Assembly: GCA_001244265.2 (NCBI GenBank)
Contig: CDLV01000015.1
Location: 62,001-126,000 of the forward strand
Length of the DNA: 64,000 nt
Direction of reading: 5' to 3'
DNA from: Microbotryum violaceum
Taxonomy: Eukaryota
Within the stretch, counting starts at the first letter, position 1. Each line of letters opens with the position of its first letter. Shown here piece by piece: positions 1-12,465 of this stretch. A program made the translations under genes and the position numbers. The notes beneath the pieces are model-generated. The model made no database searches, had not been told where the DNA came from, and saw only the letters and a list, made by a program, of their open reading frames with translations.

Positions 1-1805
1 CTCAGATCTGGGATGAATGACGCGGTAGTGACGACGTTCCTAATCGGAGCAGCCAGAAAGCGTTAGATTTTGCATACGAAATCACCTGCTTCCCGTTCTA
101 ACTTACCAATTTGTCAAGAGCATAGCAACATACATGGTGGCCATGATGAAGATGACATGGAACCACACATAGTTGTATCTTGTGCCCGCCTTCTCATCAT
201 CAAGTTCGTCTGTGGCCAGGGCATCCTCATCTTCATCATCCTCTTCTAGCACGGATGCAGGGAGGGACCTTTGAAACAATGCGTGGACACAGATCAACCC
301 CTGCTGTTGCGCGACATGTTCTGTGCAGTGACTTACCCTTCAGCCACAGCAGCTTGAAGTGCTTGGTATCTCAGCGACTCCTTCCTGTTCGGTTGGTTTG
401 AGACCACAGTCACCAACTCCCCGTCCTCCGAACTCAGAGCGCCATAGCTACCCTCTGAAACATTCCTCTTGGCCCCTTTCCCAACAAGCGCCTTCGATTG
501 GGTTGCGGCACGACTTGTGGAATAGGCAATAGCAAGAAAGGTGAAGATTGCACCAAGGACAACCATCCCTGTCCGAGCGCCGGCAGCTCTGGATGTCAGC
601 GGATTGCACTGTCCTTTGATCGAATCATCGTCGTGGTTTGCAATCGCCGAGGTGACCAGGTAGGCGGTGTACGCTACGACCATGCCTGACTGAGCCAATC
701 CTGATCTCGGATTCGCTTCTTGAATGGCGGGTGCGATGCTTAGCCCTGATACGGCCAACGAGACCAACAGATTGAGCGTGATCAGGAATCGGTTGAGACC
801 ACATCCTTGGCTCGCGAAGAAGGCGTATTGGATGATCGTCAGGACCAGCGCAACAATGTAGAGGCCCAAGGTTGACGCGATGAGCGTCCATTTCCAAAAA
901 GGCGAGTCCGTTGATTCCCATCGCTCGAGGCAGGTTTCGGACCAGGAGTGCGCAAAGTCGACCAAAAGCACAAGACCAATGAGAATGAAAACGGTAGCGC
1001 CAACAAGCGAAATGTCTGAGTGTGCCACATCATCAGCACATGGCTTGAATCACGCGGCAAGTGCACACTGGACCTGGGAATGACTGACAATCGCCATAGA
1101 ACATGAAGAAGCCGTTCGGGATGAAGAAGGAAACGATGACGAGGACGATCCAAGCCGCAACTTTAGGGCCCCACCAGCTGCAAGATATAAGACTGAGTTC
1201 AAGAACTTCCTTGACCTTTGACGGGCCATCCGTACTCACCCGTTTTGAATCGACGCACGGCGCGTGCGCGTGTCAGGAACCCCAATCAGAAGCAGCGCAA
1301 GGATTGCATGGAACAACGCCAAGGCAAAATTGATGCGGTGGACCTGGAAGGAGACCCTTGTCAGCTAGTACAGAGAAAGCAGGACTACAACAAGAGGGGG
1401 CTTGAACTGACAGCAAGCACACCATAGCAGCGTCCTTCGGCACAGCTCATCTTGATGTAATCGTAACTCCATTTGGCAATGGCTCTTATGGCCCAGTCCG
1501 ACAGCATTAACCATGCAAGCAGCGAATTGAGGAGAAAGATGATGGAGAATCCGACGCGCGTCGCGACGGAAGAATTGCAGTTGCACGACTTGGTCAATGC
1601 CGAGGCCTGTGTACGGGCACCGCACGGATGTCAGTGCGAGGATATAATGAACATCCACTAGAAGCATGAGTGGTGATTATGGTGCTGCGACGCTTACCGC
1701 TTGACCTGTACAAAAGAAAGCGAATCCTCCAATGATTGCCGAAGCCGCAGATGCGCCGAGTCCAGCGAGCGAGCCTAGCAAGGGCAGTCCGAGTACGGCC
1801 CCCAT
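1..1805 (-). CDS. TMS1: Serinc/TMS1 family membrane protein, multi-exon, 3' end outside window
   Basis: ATG at 1805 gives MGAVLGLPLL; exons encode SCNCNSSVATRVGF, CYGVLAV, WWGPKV, IGLVLLVDFAHSWSETC, EANPRSGLAQS and YNYVWFHVIF..MYVAMLLTNW, all typical Serinc motifs. Confidence 0.93.
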
Positions 1806-2725
1806 CGCAAAACGCCGCCGGTGGCTGCGTATTCAAATGTTCCGAGAGGCACCAAGATCTGGTCAGTTGCGAGGCTCTTTCTTGATTTCGTGTGCCAGTC
1901 TGGGCGCTGTGCAGCTCCGAAAGCAGCGTCGCTGCTCGAACGATGAATCGGAATGAGGAAGCACTCGATGCACGTGGTGGACACGAGCGAGTATTGAGTC
2001 CGGTATCGGTGGGACGGCGAAGGAACGTAAGGAGGGACATGGCAACCCTCGCACTGTAGCAGCAAAACGTGCGGGACGCTACATCCCAGACGTTCCCTCC
2101 CGAGTGCTGGGACGGTGAAGTAAGTGTGACATCGACTGACCGAGTGAAAGTACGCGCAGTCGGCGATCAACCTTGATCGGCGCGGTGGCAGGGGCCAGGG
2201 TCCAACTCCTAGCAGGAGCAGCTGAATATGCGTCGAGATGAAGTGCAGTGGCACTTGTCGTGAGTGGCGAGATGGGGAAGCGGGCGACCACAAGGCTGGT
2301 TGGGCAATGATCGAGCGGAGAGACCAGAGGCCAAGGGAGCGCTCTCTCCTAGAAGCTGCTAAAGGCGGCTTTCCACGCGGCTTCCACCCGTTTCCACCGA
2401 GGCTAATGTTGATAAGGAGGCGCTATAAGGAGGCTCGGCTCTTTCTCTCGCTTGGTTAGTTGGCTCCAAAGTCCTCCTTCGTAACGTCTTCACCCAAACC
2501 TCACTTCCCGCATCTCGTACACGTCATTACGGCCAAACCCAAAGCCTCGAAACGATCGCATCATCGCATCATAAGCTAATAGAGCATCGCACTGCACGGT
2601 TCCCGCTTGGGACAAACCCCACCTCAGTCATCGTCATCGTCCTCGTCACCGCCATCGCCGTCAACGGTCCGAGTGTGCCCCCACCGCGACCGCCCCCACC
2701 TCACCAGTCGCGTCGCAAGTCTACC

Positions 2726-4218
2726 ATGCTTTTGCTTGAACCTGCAAACCGCATTATTGCGGATCTCTTGACCGAAAAGTTCAACAAGTGAGAGAACGAG
2801 ACGATCCGGCACAGTGGCCCCCCCCCACGCCGAACCCGGTGTGCAGGCTGCCTTGCCCTTGGCCGAGACTCTGATCCCCGTTCTCGCTGACTCCACAGAC
2901 CTTCAGCCCTCGATCAGGCCTTTGTTGACTTTGACTCGGTGCGATACCATCTGTCGACGCCGGTCAAAAAGACACAGCTGCTGCTGTCTATGGACATCCC
3001 GTGCTGGGCTGAACTGGTCCAGCATGGCGCCGACGACTTGATCCAACGCGAGTACGGCGCCTACATCACCCAGACCGAGCACGAGTACGCCGTGTCTTTG
3101 CTCATTGACGTCGACAACCTACCACTCGATCAGGGTCAGTCGTCGCGGACGAGACGTCCCTCGAGCACCTCTGGGCTGCCCCTATGTGCGCTAACCTTGC
3201 CCCCTACCATCGTTGCAACGACGGTTCCCGCGCTACTCAGAGGCCCGCGTCGAGTTGATCAAATCGTTCTCGCTGTTAAAACGCAATGCCTTGGCCGCCC
3301 CGTTCGAGCGAGCGTTCACTTTGCAGAAGCAGCTCGACGCCAACCCCCCCACTGCCGACGCGCCACCGACCAAGGAACCCGTCATGGCCGTCCATTACCG
3401 GTTAGTGGTCGACACAGCCTATATTTCTAGATAGCGCCACCCCGCAGTGGCCGTTGGCCGTTGGCACTTGATCGCTACATCACTGAGCGCCGACACTTTC
3501 GTTTGTGACTGATCCATGCCCCACCCCACTTGCTCGTCCACAGGCCTGAAGAAGCCATCTACATTCAGCCTTCGATCGATCGTGTCACCGTCATCTTCTC
3601 GACCGTTTTCAAAGAAGAAACCGACCGCATTTTTGGCAAAGTCTTCTTGCAAGAGTTTGTCGACGCGCGGCGTCGACCAAGCTGTCAGACGGCGCCCCAG
3701 GTGCTCTACTCGAACCGCGAACCGCCGCTGGAGATTCGTCATCTACCAGGCCTAGCTGACGGCGAGAACGTCGGTTACGTCACTTTTGGTGAGTCGGGTA
3801 CATTGTGTGATTGCGCATTGCAACTTCGCCGCGACACCTCGTTTGCGCGGGCAATACTCATCAAGTTTTGTTCGGATCTTACGACAGTCCTCTTCCCGCG
3901 ACACTTCTCAAGCCCAATGATCGCCTCGGCCTCAATTACTCAAATTCAACTGTTCCGCGACTATCTTCACTACCACATCAAGTGCTCAAAAGCGTACATG
4001 CATTCACGAATGCGCCTGCGCGTTGCCGAATTTCTGAAGGTCTTGAACAGGGCCAAACCGGATCAGGCTGCGACCGGTGTTGAAAAGGAGCGCAAGACCG
4101 CAAGGTCCGTGATAACTGGTCGTGATGTCCTGCTCCCTTGTCTTTCCATACATTGACCCGCCTGCGACGTCTAAAATATCCTCCAAATTGCAGTGGAAGG
4201 AGCTTCGTGCGCGCTTGA
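2726..4218 (+). CDS. ARC35: Arp2/3 complex 34 kDa subunit (ARPC2/Arc35), multi-exon
   Basis: Exons with [46 protein letters not shown] and [21 protein letters not shown]; start MLLLEPAN; last micro-exon ends GRSFVRA-TGA at 4216-4218. Confidence 0.96.
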
Positions 4219-4495
4219 AGGCTTTCCTCTCCGGCTTCGACTATTCATTCGTAGTACCTAAATCCTTGTTGACCATGAGATTGGCCGAAGTTCACTCCCC
4301 GGTTTCCCAGTCGTATAGTCGCAGCAGCTCGCCATCACTCACCACGGGCCCCGGAAGGAAAAAAAAAACAGGAGATGAAGAAGGCAGGATCATTATTTTG
4401 AAATCTTTCTGAGGGGGGCGACAAGCTACACAAGACTTGCATACGAATCAACGTTCCTCTCGGTCTTGCAGAATCACGTCAGCGTCGCATCAGAT

Positions 4496-7321
4496 CTATT
4501 GCTTGAGTCCGGGAATATCAACCTTGATGACTGTGTGCCGCGAGGGAAGCAAGCCAGTGGCGCATTAGCTCTATCAAGTCTTACATGTCAACAGGGAGGA
4601 GACGCACGTTTGGCGATAGCAGCCATTGAGAGCGACTTGGGGCGCTCGAGCGGCAAGCCGAGAGCACGGTCCCAAACGAGCTGAGACAGAGCACCCATCG
4701 ATCGACTGGTGCCGAATGTGACAGTGTAGACTGCAGGGCGGGAAGGACAAACGGATCAGGAGATAGATCTAGACTGTCTTTGCCTCGGCGAGGATGGCCC
4801 GACTGCTTACAATCGAACTGCTTGAGACCGTAGTGGTACAAGAGCGATCCCGAAGCAGAATCAACGTTGGGGAAGGGGTTCTGTTATGAAAAAAATGAGA
4901 AGCGTAGAGTCGGTCAGCTCCGCTCGCTGTCCAGTCTGCCACCGAGTTGGGAGTGAGAGGGCTCGTCCCGAGACAAACCTTCGTCTTGCCGTGCTCCGTC
5001 AAGACACCAGGGGCAATCTTGTAAAGCTGGTTGACGTAACCGAAAACGGGGTCCTTAGCGACCTCGGGTCGCGATTCACCGAATTGCTGTAAAGCCATGA
5101 AACGGGGGTCGGGCTTGCGCAAAACGGCGTGACCGTAACCGGGGATGACCTGACCGGACTTCAAAGTGTCCCAAATGAACTCCTTGAGCTTCTCGTCGCT
5201 AGGGAAATCACCGAGCTTCTTCTGCGCAGCGAGGACGAAACGGAGCACCTCTTGGTTGGCAAGGCCGTGGAGAGGACCAGCGAGACCGCCAAGGGCGGCC
5301 GAATAGGCGAGGAAGGGGTCCGAAAGCGCGGATCCGACCAAATGGGTCGTATGGGCGGAGACGTTGCCCCCCTCGTGATCGGCTGTACCGTTCAAGCAGG
5401 CAAACACGGGTAGATCAGCTCAGAACGAATACAAGGTCCGACGAGGACGAGCCGAGCGCGACGAACTGTGAAGAGCGTTGTAGAGACGGATGACCTCGAC
5501 AAAGCCTTCGGAGTCTCCGAAGCCGATCTGGTTGGCAAAGTTCCAGGACAGATCCTTGTCCATCTGCAAGGCGGGCATGTCCTTGACACCGCCGAGGTAC
5601 GTGTTTCGGTAGATGCGAGCCGCAATCGTGAAGGATTTGGCCACACAGTCAAGCGAATCCTCGAGGGCGGGCCTCCAGTAGTCAGCTTTCTTCATTCCCT
5701 TTTTGTACTGGGCAGCGAATTGAGAATCGTGGCTGTAAAGCGATCGCTTGCGTGAGCTTCAGTGCTCTGTTGTATGTGGTCAATGCGCGTGGTGTGGAGC
5801 TCACTTGAGGGCGGCAACACCGATGATGAATTGGGTCATCGGGTGCAAAGATGTCGCTGCGGTAGGGTGTTCAAGGCGAAAGGCGGCGGAGGATGAGCTG
5901 ATCCATCGGACGGCTACGGTCGCTTGCAGCGCCCCAACGCAACTCACGGAGAGCATCAAGCGCCTTCTCCACGAATTCAGGGAGAGTGGAGCGGCTAACG
6001 AGCTCTTCCTGGAAAGCCTTGGCTTCTTCGGCAGAAGGAATCTTGCCGGTGAGAAGGTACCAGAACATGGCCTCGGGGAGCATCTCCTTGCCGCCCGGGG
6101 CGGTAGGAAGCACCTGCTGGCATTCGGGGATCGTGCGACCCCAGAAGCGAATGCCTTCCTCCGAATCAAGAACGGAGGGCTCCCAGACCATTGCCTTGAT
6201 ACCACGCATACCGCCGAAAACTTGCTCGACGGTCACGTTGCCGAGGACCTTGTCACCGTGTTGCGAGCCTTTTCGTGTCACAATAAAAAATGCAGTCGGA
6301 CCTCAGAAAAGTCAGCACTGCGTTGCGTATCTTCCACCAAAGATGATCGAGCAGCACAAGACTGACGCAGCTCCTTGGCAATCGCCTGTCGTTCGGGAAT
6401 GATCTCGGCAAGCGTGTCTTGAACAGTCTGTGGGAAGGGGAGGTGCCAGCGGAGGAGGGTTAAGTGAGCGACGGCACAGCACACAGCATCACCGAGGCAT
6501 ATTCCCAAAGTGAACCCATCAGAATAAGCCAACGACAGACGATCTATTGCGGCCCCTCCGAGAGCAGGAAGGCGGTCCGCGTGGGGTCAAGCGAAGTTCC
6601 CGCATGCGGGCCATTTCTTCCCCAGGCCATGGTTGTTCGACACAGAGTTATCCCGTTTCCGGGATGTGGCGAGCTCGACCAACAATTTGGCAACTGCGCA
6701 GGTCCGTTTGTGTTGCAGGGGCCGTGGTCGAGACAAGCCAGGGCAGGCACGGCATGCTCCGCAAGCGCCCACCGGCTGTGCGTTGCATTGGGTGGACGAT
6801 GCGCCAGGCTAAAGCCAGCCGCCAGCGCTGTTACTTCTGCGACCGACGACACTAGCTCGTTGTCGTGGAGCGACCGGGTATTCGGCGCAGGTGGACTGAG
6901 CTGGACCGTACATTGGCCTGACCTGCCCAATCGGTTGCCGTCGAGAGAGAAAACAGTTAAATCGGGCGCGTGTGCGCTACCGCTGGCCGGCAGGGTCGCG
7001 CAAGGAGGGTCGGGAACTGTCTCCGCTGAAGTGAGTCGTAGTCTCTCACCTTGGTAGAAGCATATCGAACGCCGTGAGCCTTGGCGGCGTTGGCGAATTG
7101 GCGCTGTAGATGTTGGACGTGCCGTCGGTGGGCCGGTTCGCAGGCGCGGGATCAGCCGGAACGGGCAGCGCGGATAACGCAGAGGCCGAGGCGTGAGGCC
7201 ATGAGGGGCGGACAATGGCGAGGCGAGGAAGAGGGTGAGGGGGCGAGCGAGCGTCAGTGGTATTATATGCATGATCGAACAAGATACAACTCACGGCTAC
7301 GGAGGAGCGGATGGAGAGCAT
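4496..7321 (-). CDS. Mitochondrial citrate synthase family protein (citrate or 2-methylcitrate synthase), multi-exon
   Basis: [58 protein letters not shown] and ERPKS; N-terminal presequence [26 protein letters not shown]. Confidence 0.95.
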
Positions 7322-8083
7322 TTTAATGTATGCGTGAACGACAAGAGATGCGGTGGAGGAGCAGAAAGGGGAAATCGCCGCGGCCCACCGTGAAAGTGGA
7401 CATCGTCGCCATCAACCGATATCAACCGCAGTCAACCGCGCCCTGCCGCTCCCTACCGCGCCTTTGCGAGGGAAACTCGGCAATCGCGACGAGTTCACAG
7501 GCGCGGCCGGCGATCCAGACTCAGCGCATGCAAGGGGTTGTCAGCTTTCATAATTAAAGCCTGTGTTCGGCTGGGGGATTTTATTGTTTTAATTTCTTTT
7601 TATTTTATCTGATATGATTCAATAAAAGTCCAGTTGTATTAAGGCTTAGTAATCACTTGGGCAATCCGGAGGAGATGCATTGGAATCGTTTCTTTACTCA
7701 GCAGTATTAGGCTAATCGGGCTCCGCCGCTATTAAGAATCCCTTTGGCAGCCGAACTCCCCACATCTAAGAACCGTCCCCCAAAAAATCGTAAAAAGTCA
7801 GGTATTTCAGAGAAGGTTGTCGTGCCCTTCAATCGGTACTCAAAGTGTTGTAGTAGAACTGAAGGTTCGAGTCGAATTTCCCAAGACGCAGTGTCATCGG
7901 ATTTGTGCAGCCGAGGTTCAGCAAAACACCATCGGCATGAAAAACGCCGCGACACGACGTGACGTGCAATTATAGATGTGAGAAAGCCAGGTTAACAACC
8001 TAAGTGAGACAGCATCCATCTGTGAACACGCTGTGTTGTGGGTTTCTGGTGGTACATATATTCCAACAACGATGATGATTATC

Positions 8084-8115
8084 GGGCGGTGGTCCGCCTT
8101 GTTACCCTAACTAGT
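8084..8115 (+). mobile_element. Helitron 3'-terminal signature (hairpin plus CTAG/T)
   Basis: GGGCGG-tggt-CCGCCT hairpin at 8084-8099, 11-nt spacer, CTAG at 8111-8114 followed by T; lies next to a Helitron Rep fragment. Confidence 0.55.
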
Positions 8116-8599
8116 AAAAAAAAAGTGTGGGTTAAGGAATGTACCGAAAATCGCTGTTTTTAACTAAGTTGCGGGCCGCCTGTGGTGGATGTACCAGCAT
8201 ACTGTTGTATTTGCCGCACCTTCCTGTGGTGTCGGGGTTCCGATCAGAAGTCATGTACAAGCCCTGTGCTGACTTTTGTATTTTCCGCGCCGTTCCAACG
8301 AAGCTACAGCGCTCCCAGTATTTTTCTTCTTTTTTTCGCTGACATAAAACAATGCTTCCACTCATATGGTATTTAATGAACCGCAAGCGCGTCGCTTTGT
8401 ATGATATTGCTTCTACAGCAGCGCTCTGCCTGACGCGCGAGGCGAGGGCTGGCGTTTGTCACGTGATGCGGTGCGCCGGCGGTGTCAGTGTCATTCCGGC
8501 AGTCGACCAGCGGCATTAGGGCCTGAACAACAAATCAAACCACGTAAATAATCCTGCGCCACTCCCTCGAACCTTTCCTTTCTCCCTCTCACTCTCATC

Positions 8600-10600
8600 C
8601 AATTTTAGTGACACTCATTCAAGAACAAACCCTCGCTGCTATGTCCCGGTCCCAAGGTCGCCAGGGACTCAGGGAGGGCCATCGCAACCTCGCCAAGTCT
8701 TGGGCGCGAGGATAGCGCCGTACCATGGGCCTGCTCGAGCGCCCGCTGCCGGGCGCCCCGAGGCTCGACCCTCCTCTTCGTCCCGCTCCGATCAACAGAA
8801 TCAGCCCCACGGCGCGTCATGTCAACAATTCAACCGATCTTGGCATTGCGACACGTATACGAGCCCGCCGTGCAGCTGTGCAGAACGGACAGCGTGGTCA
8901 GCGCGATGGCCAACTCGACGCAGGGCTCGCCCCACCACCACCTCCGCAAAGGCGAGTGCGCCGGGCTCGAATCGCGCTCAAACCCCTCAAGCCCCACGTT
9001 TTCGCAGGGCAAGGTGCGGCTACCTCCCCCTCCCCAGCCCAACCTCGAGTATCGGCAGCTTCTTCAAGGCTCGGATAGCGGTCAGTTGCTGCGTCCAACA
9101 ACATCTCTCTGCAGTATGGCCCACATGCTGAACTGTGCGATGCACCTACACAGACGCTAAAGCATTTCGCGAGAATGCCCGGTCTTACAATAACGCACTG
9201 TCCTTTACTTCGCTCGCTGCCCACTGCTGGGACCAAACTCAAGTGGGCACGCTAGGACCCCCCGTGTTTCACGTGTTTGGTCGCCTTTACCATCGACTCG
9301 GTGCCCTGATCCCTGCCGTGAATCAATGCCCAGCCTTTGCTCAAACATGGCTCATCAACCCGGCCGAGGCCACCAACACTCGACTTGAACCCGACGGCGC
9401 AGACAGTCACATGCAACGATCTACTTTGACCAAGCTCGAGTCCATGTTGCGTACCAAGAATCACTTTGTGAGGGAGTTCGCATCGGCCAAACCTCGCGCA
9501 GGTTGGGATACGGCCAAAGAGTGGATCCTGCGCCTCTGCCTCCGGCCAGGCCGAGACCAACGCACCCACAACCTTTCTACGTCGAGCACGGAAATGGCGA
9601 TGCTCATATGCGATTCCGACACCAACACGGGAGATCGTGGACGTCAAGACCTTATTCTCCAGGTGCACGGTGATCGATGTCCCGAGGGTCGGCCCAAGTA
9701 CCTGCCGTTAGCTCGCTCCATCCGTCCGCGATGCCTCTCCGTTACCTATTACTTTTTCCTACAGGGGAAGATGGCTTCCACCCCAACATTCCTCTTTGCG
9801 GGTTCCACCAAGCCGGGCCGCCAATTGCCAGAAACCGAGAGCAGATCGACAACGGTGTCCAATTGCGCGAGCTACTTGCCGGTCTCGGTCTGGATGACGA
9901 AGAGAATGGTGATGGTGAACGTACGCGTCTTCGGCTCTTTATCTGATGTTCTATTCTGTTTTAAGGCGCAAGCACAGACTGACCTTGAACTTTTGAACAC
10001 CTAGGACGAAGGTCAAGTAAAGGGGTCGAGGTCGAGGTGGCGAGTCTCGCGTTCAACATTCTTTACTACTTGCCAAAGGCGACGAGTACTTCTCAATCCC
10101 GCTTTGCACCCAACGTCCCTTCCTGGAGTCTGTGATTTACGGATGTACTCCCAAGTCAAGACCGATTGACTCAACACATCCAGTTGCATCAAGAGAACCT
10201 ACGCCTCACCACGACCCAAGGCATCAACGGCTTGACCCTGAACCAAATCGCGACATCACGCAGCGATACCAGGATGCGATGGCGTGCGTTGTCAACCATG
10301 GAAAGCCTCCGCTGCTCATCACGATGACGTACGACTCCGACTCACCGGAAACCAAGGCTGCACTGGGGCCGATACAGCATGCAACCGTCCGGATCTCATT
10401 GCACGAGTGTTTGAAGCCAAGTCCGGCAACAAGCGACATGCAGGCTGTTTCGGCGATGAATATAAGATGAATGAATTTTGTTTCTTTGCTGCACTTCGTA
10501 TTGTGTTTTCTTAACCTCTGCGCTGATATCATGTAGACTGTTCGACTCTCCTGCTATTGTTTTAATTCATCCTCCCGTTAATTTAACGGGTTCCCACTGG
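8600..10600 (+). mobile_element. Degenerate, internally deleted Helitron (N-terminal RepHel fragment)
   Basis: GKVRLP, FRENARSYNNALSFTSL, GPPVFHVFGRLYHRLGAL, FAQ, PLRYLLLFPTGEDGFH and RYQDAMACVVNHGKPPLLITMT; frameshifts; no helicase domain; hairpin CCCGTTAA-T-TTAACGGG plus CTGG/T at 10574-10601; 5' boundary approximate. Confidence 0.88.
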
Positions 10601-10770
10601 TTTTCAAGTATTACGCATGATCCAACAAGTGAGAACAAGTGAGCTTCGTTCCTGCGGTTATACAATTGACACAATGGAATTTAGACTCTCTGAAACGCTA
10701 AATTTCAAGCGGCATGCTATGCAACTCCTAAGTAGTATTGGGTGCGGTGTAGTGCCACTGCGAGCTTCGT

Positions 10771-11916
10771 TCAAGTCAGACTTTGCCCCTGCGCTGCTGC
10801 GGACAAGTCCCAGCCTGTCTCTACCAAAAACCGGCACGTCCTCTCAATCATCTCTTGAGAGTAGGTGTGCCCAGTCTTCTCCTGCACCCATACTTGCACG
10901 CAGCCGTTTTTCCCCACGGCCTTGGTCAGTTTTGAGCTAACAAAGTCGTCGGTCCCTCCCTTTACGAAGTTGACCAATTCGTCCTCAGCTCCGCTCAAGA
11001 CGAGTATTTTTTTGCCTTCGTAAGCTTTGGGAGGGGCATGGATAGGATCCAATCGTTGCCAAAGTTCAAGGAGTCGGCTGGGGAAATGCGGAGCCTCAAT
11101 AGCCAGGTCGAGTGACCGAGCTCGAGCCGTCAAAAGCGTCAGCATGTCGGGTGAGCCCACGATTGGGATGCCGAGAGTGATGCGAGGCTCTGTGAGGTGC
11201 ACGAACGTGCCTTGATTTCACAGTCAGCTCGGCGGATAAGTAAGCCAGCCTTTCGTCGACTTACCATGCGCCAAAGCAAGCCAAGTTGAATGGCCTCCAA
11301 GAGAAACGCCAGCGCACCACCATTGGACCACTCGTTGCTCCCCTCGAGGCCAGACCGAGATCTCAGCGAAGTCGATCAACAAGGAAACATCTCGAGCAGT
11401 TCCCACTGTGAGCCGGGTTGATGAACGACACCGTTGGTCCGTGTAAAGTCAGTGAGCATTGGGGACGGCAGCAAAGGTCCCGGACCGAAAGCTTGTGATC
11501 CGGGGCAGCTCCGGAACCAGGCCCAAGGAGGTGAACTGACGCTGAATCGCCATCATGTCCCCCGCATGGCTTTCATTGTTCAATTCTCCCCCCTTCGTTC
11601 CATCGTCCTTCCATCCCTTGTTCCGATCCTTGTCAACGGTCCTCTGTCCATGATTCCGTTGATCGAAGGCGATGACGACGAGCTTCTTCCCCGCTCGCTC
11701 GGCAGCCTCGAGAAACGACTGTATGGGCTTGACGTAGCGTGGTTCGAGCGAATGGCCAAACCGACCATGAAGGAAAAACAGCACCGTCACTCCCTCAGCG
11801 GTGTCAGGAACGCCGGACGAGGTGTTGCGAAGCAGGGGAGAGGACAGGCCGTAGACGTGGGCCGCAATGCCGCCAATGTGAAACGTCTTGGGCTTGGGTA
11901 GTTGCTCGGTTGACAT
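10771..11916 (-). CDS. Alpha/beta hydrolase (esterase-like), multi-exon
   Basis: FFLHGR, IAFDQRNHG, nucleophile elbow GVSLGGH, LSGAEDELV (Asp) and TGH (His). Confidence 0.88.
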
Positions 11917-12465
11917 CTCAGGTTGTCGAGAAATATAGCTAGCATGCGAGCAGGACGGAGGCAACCGGGCGCTGAACGATCTTGCAAGTCCCCAGCGCGA
12001 GCTCCGTCTGGCGATCCGAGTGCTCCGGAAGGCTCTGGACTGCTTCAGACTGCTCCCTCACGGCCTCACGTCTTCATGTCTTTTCAGCCCATGACCCCGC
12101 CGGGGGGGTAGTACCATGTGGGGCCCAACGCAGCCCAGCAGCCTGGATCCAGGAGCAACCCGAACGCCATGATTAGAGATACTTCTTGGGAGAAGACTAC
12201 TTTACTACCAAAACATACATGATATATCCTCTGGAATCTTCCAAGGCTCTATCTTTCTAATACAGGTGAAGCAGGACCGAACAACTGCGCGCTGAAGGCC
12301 TGTAGTTCTCAGGGAGAGACGGTCTAGGCGCAGAAACAACGAAAGGGGCTGAAACGGAAGCTTCCACGGGCAAACTGATGGTGGTGGGGTAATATAATGT
12401 TGTTCCGTATATGCGCGAGTCAACACGAATCGTTCAGGTCGTTATCGGTCCGAGTCTCTGGGACT

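Noticed and set aside
4490..4610. Cryptic peroxisomal targeting of the citrate synthase by readthrough or alternative last intron
   Set aside because: Spliced (GLKQ), intron-retained (PVDM) and alternative-donor (IHQG) ends lack a PTS1; readthrough meets TGA after one codon
6464..7272. 197-aa and 242-aa ORFs over the citrate synthase 5' region
   Set aside because: They run across the presequence exon and introns, are GC-rich and show no motifs
8101..8112. TACCCTAAC as an interstitial telomere
   Set aside because: Single hexamer; better explained as the spacer of a Helitron terminus
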